DNA of 64,000 bases from an uncultured Flavobacteriales bacterium. GTDB taxonomy: Bacteria; Pseudomonadota; Alphaproteobacteria; UBA8366; JADFVY01. Within the stretch, counting starts at the first letter, position 1, and each line of letters opens with the position of its first letter. Positions 18,609 to 26,705 of the stretch are shown here, in pieces. The stretch is taken from contig CAYFYY010000004.1 in the NCBI GenBank assembly GCA_964347475.1, positions 15,997-79,996 of the forward strand, read 5' to 3'. The notes under the pieces are model-generated. The model had not been told where the DNA came from, searched no databases, and saw nothing but the letters and a program-made list of their open reading frames with translations. A program made the translations under genes and the position numbers.

Positions 18609-21600
18609 GTGCGTATCGCAAAATCAATTAACAGCAAGTTCCTCGTGGTCACGTTGCCGTTTGTGTTCCTGTCCTCGATGGCGACGATATTCGCAGTTGG
18701 AACGTTGCAGGTCCGCTGGGAAGAGGGGCATCTGCGAGACCTGATGCGGAGTCATGCTCTGACCCACAGCGAGACCTTGGCCGTTCATATGCGCAGCAGC
18801 GATACCTACAACACCCGAATCATGCTGTCGTATGCTCTCTCCGATATCATCGCGGCGTCGCAGGTCAAGCGGGTTGTCCTACTGAATGCCGCCGACGAGG
18901 TTCTTTTTACCGCCGGACAGTTGCGCGAGAGCTCCGACCGGTACCTGTCCGTCGAGATACCTATTGTCACTGACGAGAATTCCGTCACTCGCGAACTTGG
19001 GCGGTTGCAGATTTTCGCAGATGGCGTCGACCCTTGGCCGATCCTCATCGAGAATACGGTCAACTATTCGATTCTGCTGGTCATCGTCATGGCTTCGATT
19101 ATCGCCAGCATTGCGCTGACCACCCATTACGTCGTCAACCGCCCGCTCGGGCAGTTCCTGGCAGCGGTTCGCACCTCGCAGCCTCTCGCCAAACGACGGT
19201 CGGCGGCCTTCAACCCGCCAGATGAATTGGGCGAGGTGATGGACGCCTACAACGAGATGATGCAACAGCGATTGACCGACGAAGAGACGCTGCAACAGAA
19301 CGAGCATCGCCTGCGTTCGATTCTCGAATCGAGCCCGGTCGGTATTTCCATCGTCACGCTGCATGGTACGCCCTTGTATGCGAACGCCCGCATCCTCCAG
19401 ATGCTTGGCCTTTCCCGCGATGAGTTCTTTCGCTCCAATGCAAGAGATTTCTATGTCAATCCCAGTGATCGGGATGAGATCGTCGAAATTCTGCAGACCG
19501 GCCAGGGCGTGGAAGATGTCGAGGTCCATCTTCGGCGCACAGGAAGCTCGCCCTTCTGGGCCCTGCTCTCGTTCATGCCAACGGATCTGTACGAGGGCGA
19601 GTGCTTTCTCGTCTGGCTCTACGACATCAACGAACGGCGCCTCATCGAGGATGAACTGCATGCGAGCCGGGAGCTTCTGGAAGATCAGGCGCACGAGCTT
19701 CGCGATCTCGCCGATACCTTTGCCGTCCAGAAATCCCGTGCCGAACAAGCAACCGCGGCGAAGAGCGCATTCCTCGCCAACATGAGCCACGAGATCCGTA
19801 CGCCTATGAATGCCATTCTTGGCTTGATCGACCTGACAATGCAGACGGAACTCACCGCCGAACAGGCGAACAATCTGACCAAGACCCGGACCGCGGCCCG
19901 TTCGCTCCTGGAAGTCATCAACAACATTCTCGATATCTCGAAAATCGAGACAGGGAAATTGGAGCTCGAATCTGCGCCATTCGACCTCAACGATACGCTG
20001 AACGGCGTTTCGACCATGCTGGCAGCGGAGGCCGAGCGCAAGAAGCTTGAACTGTTCTTCGTTTCGAAGCCGGACGTTCCGAGATTCCTGGTTGGCGATA
20101 CGCTACATCTCGGACAGGTTCTTCTGAATCTCACCAACAATGCGGTCAAGTTCACCGACGTCGGCAGCATCGTGCTGCGTACCTGGGTCGAGGAGCTGCA
20201 GACCGACTCGGTTACGCTGGGCTTTTCCGTGACGGACACGGGAATCGGCATCAGCGAGGACGTGCAGCCGGGCCTGTTCAAACCTTTCGTTCAGGCCGAC
20301 GACTCGACGACGCGGAAATACGGCGGCAGCGGTCTGGGGCTCGTCATTTCACGGCGCATCGTCGAGCTCATGGGCGGAACGATCGTTCTCGAGAGTCGAC
20401 CGGCTAAGGGGAGCACTTTCAGCTTTACCGCCCAGTTCGGCCTGCAGGAATTGGATTGGGCACCGCCCCCGCTGCCGGCTCGGGCGCCAAGCGTCCTTTT
20501 GATCGCAAGCAGCCGTGAGACCCGCCGAATTCTTCCGGATGCGCTCGCAGCCTGGGGTATGACCGTTCATTCGGCGAATTCGACGACGACGGCCCTGGCA
20601 GAGATCGACCGGCTGGCGCAGATCGCTGAACCGTGCATCGACGTTTTGTTGTTCGACTGCAAGGTTCAGGGTACGAATTGCGTCGAAGCGGCGCGCAAGA
20701 TTACGGATGAACGCAAGCTCGGGTCGGTGGCGAAGGTCTTCCTCCTGCATAGCCAGCACCACGAGGAATTGCGAACGAGCGCCGAGGATTTGGAGCTGTG
20801 TGAATTTGTCGCCAAGCCCGTGCACGTGCAGGTTCTGGTTGACAGCATCCGCGGCGTGGCGCGACAGGATGACGCCGAGGGAAAGCTGGCGACCGAGCAC
20901 GTAGCTCCAGCCATGAACCAGTTGCGGCCAGAGCTGCAGGGTGCCCGGATTCTTCTTGTCGAGGACAACGAAATCAATCAGGAGGTCAGCCAGGCTGTCC
21001 TCAAGCGGGTGGGGCTGCTCGTCGAGACCGCGAACAACGGCAAGGAGGCAGTCGACGCGGTCATTGCCGACGCAACCCGGTTCGACGCGGTATTGATGGA
21101 TGTGCAGATGCCGGAGATGGATGGGCTGCAGGCCACCCGGGCAATCCGGGAACATCCGGGCTTCGCCGAGTTGCCGATCATCGCAATGACCGCACACGCG
21201 TTCGCCGAGCAGCGGCGCGATTGCCTCGATGCGGGCATGAACGACCACATTCCGAAGCCGGTCGAACCGGCCCGCCTGGTCGCGGCGCTCAACAAATGGA
21301 TCAAGCGCGGTCGCAGGTCATCGGAAGAACCGGCGATCGAAGCACCGGCGGATGCGGCCGAGGATGGCGCCTCCGTTTCCGACGAGCTTCCCGGTATCGA
21401 TGTTGCCGGTGCCCTCGAGCGGCTCGATGTCACGAGGGAATTTTTCGACATGCTGCTCAAGAAATTCCATAGCAGGCACGAGGGCGTGGGCGCCGAGATC
21501 CAGGATGCGTTCGCCCGGTCCGACCTGCGGCGTGTCGAGGAAATCGCGCACCTTTTGAAGGGGATGGCGGGCAACCTTTCGGCCGATGATCTGTCGGCCG

Positions 21601-21728
21601 CGGCGGCACGCGTTGAGGCGGCGGCCCGCGACGCGGACGCGGAGAATCTGCCGGAACTTTTGGCGCGCCTGCAAACCGCTCTCGCCCCCGTCCTCGAGTC
21701 GGCTTCACAAGCCGGTGGCGACTCCTAA
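18609..21728 (+). CDS. hybrid sensor histidine kinase (TM-sensor-TM-HAMP-PAS-HisKA-HATPase-degenerate REC-REC-HPt)
   Basis: It has the H-box FLANMSHEIRTPMNAILG, ATPase G-boxes (DTGIGI, GGSGLGL), a receiver (ILLVEDNEINQE...LMDVQMPEMDG...PKP) and an HPt (HLLKGMAGNL). The start is placed at the GTG at 18609, 11 nt after GAAGGAG. The ORF is open from 18426. Confidence 0.9.
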   Translation: MRIAKSINSKFLVVTLPFVFLSSMATIFAVGTLQVRWEEGHLRDLMRSHALTHSETLAVHMRSSDTYNTRIMLSYALSDIIAASQVKRVVLLNAADEVLFTAGQLRESSDRYLSVEIPIVTDENSVTRELGRLQIFADGVDPWPILIENTVNYSILLVIVMASIIASIALTTHYVVNRPLGQFLAAVRTSQPLAKRRSAAFNPPDELGEVMDAYNEMMQQRLTDEETLQQNEHRLRSILESSPVGISIVTLHGTPLYANARILQMLGLSRDEFFRSNARDFYVNPSDRDEIVEILQTGQGVEDVEVHLRRTGSSPFWALLSFMPTDLYEGECFLVWLYDINERRLIEDELHASRELLEDQAHELRDLADTFAVQKSRAEQATAAKSAFLANMSHEIRTPMNAILGLIDLTMQTELTAEQANNLTKTRTAARSLLEVINNILDISKIETGKLELESAPFDLNDTLNGVSTMLAAEAERKKLELFFVSKPDVPRFLVGDTLHLGQVLLNLTNNAVKFTDVGSIVLRTWVEELQTDSVTLGFSVTDTGIGISEDVQPGLFKPFVQADDSTTRKYGGSGLGLVISRRIVELMGGTIVLESRPAKGSTFSFTAQFGLQELDWAPPPLPARAPSVLLIASSRETRRILPDALAAWGMTVHSANSTTTALAEIDRLAQIAEPCIDVLLFDCKVQGTNCVEAARKITDERKLGSVAKVFLLHSQHHEELRTSAEDLELCEFVAKPVHVQVLVDSIRGVARQDDAEGKLATEHVAPAMNQLRPELQGARILLVEDNEINQEVSQAVLKRVGLLVETANNGKEAVDAVIADATRFDAVLMDVQMPEMDGLQATRAIREHPGFAELPIIAMTAHAFAEQRRDCLDAGMNDHIPKPVEPARLVAALNKWIKRGRRSSEEPAIEAPADAAEDGASVSDELPGIDVAGALERLDVTREFFDMLLKKFHSRHEGVGAEIQDAFARSDLRRVEEIAHLLKGMAGNLSADDLSAAAARVEAAARDADAENLPELLARLQTALAPVLESASQAGGDS

Positions 21729-21899
21729 ACATTCGGTCATCAACCGTGCGAGACCTGCACCGCCTACGGCGACGTCGTGCCTGGCATCGTATCAGGGCAC
21801 GCCACGTCCTGTCTTGACATCGACCGGTCAGACGCTGGCAACATGCCAGCCTGTCATTCCCGGCGTGGCGTGGCGCCGGCAATATAGGAGGATCAACGC

Positions 21900-22145
21900 A
21901 TGCGCGCACTGATAGCAGCGGCAATCATGATGACGGGAGCGGCGCTGGCGACAAGTCCCGCCGGGGCGCAACAACCCGTGAAGGGCCAGGATGCGGTCGC
22001 CATTGTGCAGGGCGGCCAGATTCGGGCGTCGTCCAGCGAGGGGTTTCAGGGATTCCTGCTGTTGATCGACTATCGGGGCGTGAACTATACCTGCGCGGTG
22101 ACCGCGGGCGGACAGGTACAGACCTGTTATCCGCTCTACTGGTAG
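21900..22145 (+). CDS. small secreted protein (signal peptide, two Cys)
   Basis: 81 aa with a strong RBS (AGGAGG 8 nt upstream of the ATG). The signal peptide is MRALIAAAIMMTGAALATSPAGA, and the mature ~58 aa contain the spaced Cys pair C-x13-C. Confidence 0.6.
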   Translation: MRALIAAAIMMTGAALATSPAGAQQPVKGQDAVAIVQGGQIRASSSEGFQGFLLLIDYRGVNYTCAVTAGGQVQTCYPLYW

Positions 22146-22229
22146 AAACACAACGGGGATGCGCGGGAGCCACGATGCGCACCGCTGATCGCGGACGGCG
22201 ATCGAGTCCCCCGCCCTGCTGGAGATATC

Positions 22230-22874
22230 GTGCGGAAGCTGAGGTTTGCACTCTGGTTTGCCGTTGCGACGACGATTGCGTTGTTTGCGGCGCTTCAGCT
22301 CATTAACAGGTTGACGCCTCCGCCGGTCGGAATGACGGAGCAGGCGCGCACGGCTGAAGAGATCGCCCGCGAGATCGTCACCGGTGAATTCTCGCTTGTC
22401 GACGGGAACGGCGAAACGGTTTCGGATACCGATTTCCGCGGCTCGTGGCTGCTGGTCTTTTTCGGGTACACCCACTGCCCGGATGTCTGCCCGACCACCC
22501 TGGGTTCCATCGCACTGGTCATGGATGAGCTTGGCAGCGAGGCCGAGTCGTTGCAGCCGCTCTTCATAACCGTTGATCCCGCCCGCGACTCCGCCGATGT
22601 CGTACGACAGTACGCTGCAGCGTTCCATCCGAAAATCATCGGACTGACGGGCAGCGAGCGACAGGTGGCAGCAGCGGCCAGATCGCATCGGGCCTATTAT
22701 GCAAGGGTCGCAGCGTCGAACGGCACGACGACGGACACCGACGATTACGCCATGGATCACTCCGCACATCTCTACCTGATGGATCCGGACGGCGTCTATG
22801 CCACGGCCTTTTCCCAGACGACCACCGTCGACGCGATGGTACGGATTATCCGCGAGCGAATGGCCGGACATTAG
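22230..22874 (+). CDS. SCO1/SenC family copper chaperone / thioredoxin-fold protein
   Basis: It has an N-terminal TM anchor, the motif FFGYTHCPDVCP (CxxxC) and the conserved distal His (DHSAHLYLMD). The start codon is GTG, preceded by GGAG. Confidence 0.88.
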   Translation: MRKLRFALWFAVATTIALFAALQLINRLTPPPVGMTEQARTAEEIAREIVTGEFSLVDGNGETVSDTDFRGSWLLVFFGYTHCPDVCPTTLGSIALVMDELGSEAESLQPLFITVDPARDSADVVRQYAAAFHPKIIGLTGSERQVAAAARSHRAYYARVAASNGTTTDTDDYAMDHSAHLYLMDPDGVYATAFSQTTTVDAMVRIIRERMAGH

Positions 22875-23099
22875 AGGGAACGGCCGCCTTCCCGGCAATT
22901 CGGTCTCCGCCAGCGTCGAGTCGCGCGCCCGACAGGATTCCGGCCGAAATCCGCAATAATTTCCATGTTCTGCGTTGCGGCGGATCGACGCATGAACCTT
23001 TCCGCGGCAGTCTCGCGCGCGGCTGGCTGAACCCGGCGCATACCGCTGTTTCGGGGCGACAGGCGATCGATCGGCCTGGTCCGCGGGTGGAGGCACGGA

Positions 23100-23549
23100 A
23101 CTGAAAATTATTAATTTTTTACAATAAATTACTCTAAATTTCATTCAATCCGGTCCGGCAGCCGCGTTAACCATTTCCGAGAACCTGTGCCAAGATTTTC
23201 CCTTTTTAATATTCCCATCATATCGTAATATCGTATTGTAGCAATGCTGCGCCCGAATCAGAGACTAACCTCTGAACTAGAGTTCCAAAGATGAGCTGAA
23301 GTCTGTGATTTATTGGAGATGCAAAATGAAAGTCACATGATAACAAAACCCATCTCTACTGAAATGCTGAAAAAAGACTTTACAGTTTTTCTTGCGCGGG
23401 GGTAGGATTTCGAAAATCCTTTGGTACGCAGGGGGTTAAACTCGAATTTCAGTGGAGGTGAAATCAAGATTACTTTCCTTGTCCGACAATGGGGCTGCCG
23501 GCGGGGAAAGTAAACCGACACCGACAGGGATTATTGAAGGCAGGGCGAC
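23100..23549. promoter_or_regulatory. AT-rich non-coding leader upstream of the PilZ-methyltransferase gene
   Basis: Hand count gives 16 G+C in 23101-23160 and 22 G+C in 23281-23340, against about 40-43 per 60 nt in flanking genes. It contains the tandem octamer ATATCGTA ATATCGTA (~23219-23234) and the perfect hairpin AGGATTT-CGA-AAATCCT (23404-23420). Confidence 0.5.
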
Positions 23550-25001
23550 ATGCATTCGTACGAACGCCTATCCGGTGCGTCCGGACGGCGCGTGTTTTAT
23601 CGCGCAGAACGATTCAAGGCGCGGGATCTGTTTCCGCTGGCGACGGCCAAGGTCCAAATCGACGATACCCTTCTGGCGCTGGAAGACCTAAGCATGACCG
23701 GTTTCAGTGCGGTTGCTCCCGGTGCTGCGCTCTGGGCTCCGCGCATTGGCGAGGAGTTTGCCATCCGCCTCCTGCTTGACGATATGGTGCTGCACGAGGG
23801 GCGTGCGAAAGTATGTCGAATTGGACGGCAGAAATGCGGCGTGAGTGTCGGCCTCGGGCTGACGTCGGACTACCTTGACATCGCCGACGTCATAAGCAAA
23901 CGCAACCGCCATCTCCTCGATCTCGAAATCGGCCACGGCCTGGTGACCGATGCGGGTCTGGTCGATCCCGAATACAGAAAGCTCAGTGCCGACGTCGTAC
24001 ACCTCTTGCGGAACTTCCGCGCGATCCTCGAGCGACACGAGTTGCGCGGCAACGGTTATTCCTCCCCCCCGCCGCACAGTCCGATCGACGAAGCGCTGCA
24101 GCTTTGTGAGGAACGGATCATTCCTTCTTGGCGCCAGCACTGGGAGCACGCCAACAGTCTCGTCGAACCCGTGATGTCCGATCCGGACCGCTTGCGGGCG
24201 ACGAAACGATTCACCGAGCTCGTCGTGACGCCGGAACTCATGGACGGGCCCATCTGGCGCCGCAGTTACGAGAAGCCACTCGGTTACCCTGGCGATTACC
24301 AGGTGATGAATTATGTCTATGCCTGGCGTCGCGAAGGTGATTCCGCGACCGGCAAGCTGCTTCATCGCGCGGGACTCGAGGTTGCCGAGTGTATCGGCAC
24401 GCGCATGCGGATGATCGAACAGATGATCGCCCACGAGATCGCGGCCCGACCGGCCGGCGAGGTCACGCATATTGCCAGCATTGGAAGCGGCCCGGCGAAG
24501 GAAGTGTCGAATTACCTTCAGTCCGACGAAATTCCGGGTGCCGTATCGTTTACTCTCGTCGACCAGGAACATGAGGCGCTCGAGCAGGCGTACAGCGATA
24601 TCTACCCGCAGACGACGCGGCACGGGGGCCGGGCCGCCGTGCAGTGCCTGAACATCTCGTTCGTCGACCTGGCAAAGAAGAACCGGGTGTTCCCCGGCGT
24701 CGGGCCGCAGGACTTCATCTACAGCGTGGGCATCGTAGACTATCTGGCCGATCATAGGGCACGCAGCCTGGTCGCGTCTCTGTACGACCGACTCGCGCCT
24801 GGCGGGCGGCTGGTCATAGGAAACATGCGCAGGACCAGTCTCAGCAATCTCTGGCCGATGGAGTTCATCTGCGACTGGAGCGTCTATTATCGCGACGAGG
24901 CCGAGATGTGGGCCATGGTAGAGGGATTGTCGGCAAAGTCGCGCAAACTAGAGACCGACCCGACCGGGCGCGTGTACATGCTGACTCTGCGCAAACCCTG
25001 A
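23550..25001 (+). CDS. PilZ domain / class I SAM-dependent methyltransferase fusion protein
   Basis: The N-terminus carries both canonical PilZ c-di-GMP motifs: RRVFYR (RRxxxR, 23586-23603) and DLSMTG (DxSxxG, 23685-23702). The C-terminal half has Rossmann MTase motifs (IASIGSGPAKE, LVDQE, FIYSVGIVDYL, LAPGGRLVIGN). Confidence 0.75.
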   Translation: MHSYERLSGASGRRVFYRAERFKARDLFPLATAKVQIDDTLLALEDLSMTGFSAVAPGAALWAPRIGEEFAIRLLLDDMVLHEGRAKVCRIGRQKCGVSVGLGLTSDYLDIADVISKRNRHLLDLEIGHGLVTDAGLVDPEYRKLSADVVHLLRNFRAILERHELRGNGYSSPPPHSPIDEALQLCEERIIPSWRQHWEHANSLVEPVMSDPDRLRATKRFTELVVTPELMDGPIWRRSYEKPLGYPGDYQVMNYVYAWRREGDSATGKLLHRAGLEVAECIGTRMRMIEQMIAHEIAARPAGEVTHIASIGSGPAKEVSNYLQSDEIPGAVSFTLVDQEHEALEQAYSDIYPQTTRHGGRAAVQCLNISFVDLAKKNRVFPGVGPQDFIYSVGIVDYLADHRARSLVASLYDRLAPGGRLVIGNMRRTSLSNLWPMEFICDWSVYYRDEAEMWAMVEGLSAKSRKLETDPTGRVYMLTLRKP

Positions 25002-25059
25002 GCATCCCCTCGCGCGGCAGATACCGCATCGAGCCAGATCGCAAGGGCAGGTCGGCGCT

Positions 25060-26472
25060 TCAGCCGGGCAACTGAAGGGACTGCTGGGTGTCGAAAATCG
25101 TGCGCTCTGGCGGCAGGCGCATCGTCACGACGGTGCCCTGCCCCGGCTTGCTGTCGATGGTCAGTTGCCCGCCGTGCCATTCGATGATCTTTTGCACGAT
25201 GGGAAGACCCAATCCGGTGCCACCGCGTGCGCTGGTGTATGGGTGCGCGGCCCGATAGAATGGTTGCGTTGCGTTCCCCAAATCTTCCGCCGCCATGCCG
25301 ATCCCGCTGTCGGTCACGCTCAATACGCATGCGCCGGCCTCGTCCATCCATAGGGCGACGGAAACCTCGCCGCCCTTTTCGGTGAATTTGACACCGTTCG
25401 AAACCAAATTGATGACCACCTGCCGAAGCCGTCCGGGGTCGGCCATCACGACCACGCTGGGCTGCGGCAGCGAAGCCGAAATCTTGAGGCCATGCGAGAT
25501 ATCCGGGACCCGGAACATCCGCAGGCACTCATCGACGATCAGGCACATGTCGACCTCGCATTCGGCGAAGGACAGCTTTCCCGCCTCTGCCGTCGCCAGA
25601 TCGAGCATATCTCCGATGATGCTCAGGAGGTGGCTGCCGCTGGAATAGATGTCTTCAGCGTAGTTCTTGTAACGGGGCGTGCCCAGCGGGCCCAGGATCT
25701 CTTCCTTGACGATCTCGGAGAATCCGATGATCGCATTGAGCGGCGTACGCAGTTCGTGGCTCATGCTGGCCAGGAATTCCGTCTTTGCCTTGTTTGCCGC
25801 GTCCGCCCTGCGGCGCAGCCGCTCGGAGGCCGCCTTCTCGTAAGTCAACAAGCGAGTCTGTAGGTGATTCAGGCGCAGGTACAGTTCCTGCACGTAGTTG
25901 ACAACGCCCCCGACTGCGATCGCCATTGCCAGGAAGAAATTGTTGCTCAGCAACACCTCGTATGGAACGGGGTTCAGGACAAACGCCGACAACTGATAGA
26001 TGGCGAACAGGATCAGGGAGACGATCAGCGAATACACGTGATGGAGACGCAGCACGCTGGCGCAGTAGATCACCACCATGATCAGGCCCGCATAGTACCA
26101 GTAACTTGCGGGGGGTTCACCGAACACCGTCATGGCAATGATGCCTATGCCCGCCGCAAACATTGCAAGCGACAGTCCTGCCTGAGCGCAGCGCACGAAG
26201 TTCCGGTGATAGGTCAGGGCAAATACCCCGAAGACGATCGGGAACACAAAGCCGAACCGGACAGCCCAGAACTGACTGACCACCTCGGGCATGAGCAGTG
26301 CGTCAAGCACGCCGAAAAGCCCGTACAGAAACGCGCCGGCCAGCAGGCCGAGCCGTATGACCGGACGCGAATCGAGCATGTGTCTGCACAGAAACCGCCG
26401 TTCCGCGATTCTGTTCTTGAACCGCAGGCTGAACATGTTCAGCTCTGAGAGGTTCGCCTTCCAGACGCTCAT
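25060..26472 (-). CDS. membrane sensor histidine kinase (about 6-TM N-terminal domain, HisKA-HATPase)
   Basis: The first ~200 aa are hydrophobic multi-TM. These are followed by the H-box FLASMSHELRTPLNAIIGFSE and then N/G1/G2 boxes (NLVSNGVKFT, DSGIGM, GGTGLGLP). No receiver domain is present. Confidence 0.88.
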   Translation of the reverse strand: MSVWKANLSELNMFSLRFKNRIAERRFLCRHMLDSRPVIRLGLLAGAFLYGLFGVLDALLMPEVVSQFWAVRFGFVFPIVFGVFALTYHRNFVRCAQAGLSLAMFAAGIGIIAMTVFGEPPASYWYYAGLIMVVIYCASVLRLHHVYSLIVSLILFAIYQLSAFVLNPVPYEVLLSNNFFLAMAIAVGGVVNYVQELYLRLNHLQTRLLTYEKAASERLRRRADAANKAKTEFLASMSHELRTPLNAIIGFSEIVKEEILGPLGTPRYKNYAEDIYSSGSHLLSIIGDMLDLATAEAGKLSFAECEVDMCLIVDECLRMFRVPDISHGLKISASLPQPSVVVMADPGRLRQVVINLVSNGVKFTEKGGEVSVALWMDEAGACVLSVTDSGIGMAAEDLGNATQPFYRAAHPYTSARGGTGLGLPIVQKIIEWHGGQLTIDSKPGQGTVVTMRLPPERTIFDTQQSLQLPG

Positions 26473-26705
26473 AGCGTCACCAACAGTGCTCCTCGCCGGA
26501 CCGGGCCTTTTCGAACACTTTACACAACTGTCGCCGAATATAGTTAACCAATCCTTAGGACCGAGAATCCGTCCTTAACGATTTGGCGGCCACGTCATGC
26601 TTTCGCAGGCTGCTCAAGTATCTGTATCCTATTGAATTCCTGAGTATATGGCGTCGCCGCAATGCTCAGCCGCCAGTCCCGTGTTCGTGTGCCGACGGGC
26701 GCCAA

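Noticed and set aside
23333-23521. 62-aa minus-strand ORF inside the AT-rich leader
   Set aside because: It has no RBS, has a Lys/Phe/Ser/Arg-rich composition driven by AT content, and overlaps the hairpin and the likely promoter/5' UTR of the PilZ-MTase gene. I treated it as non-coding.
23100-23549. Possible c-di-GMP or SAM riboswitch upstream of the PilZ-methyltransferase
   Set aside because: This is an attractive idea given the gene product. However, I could not recognise the conserved cores of GEMM-I/II or SAM riboswitches by eye. It needs an Infernal/Rfam scan, so it is not called as a feature.
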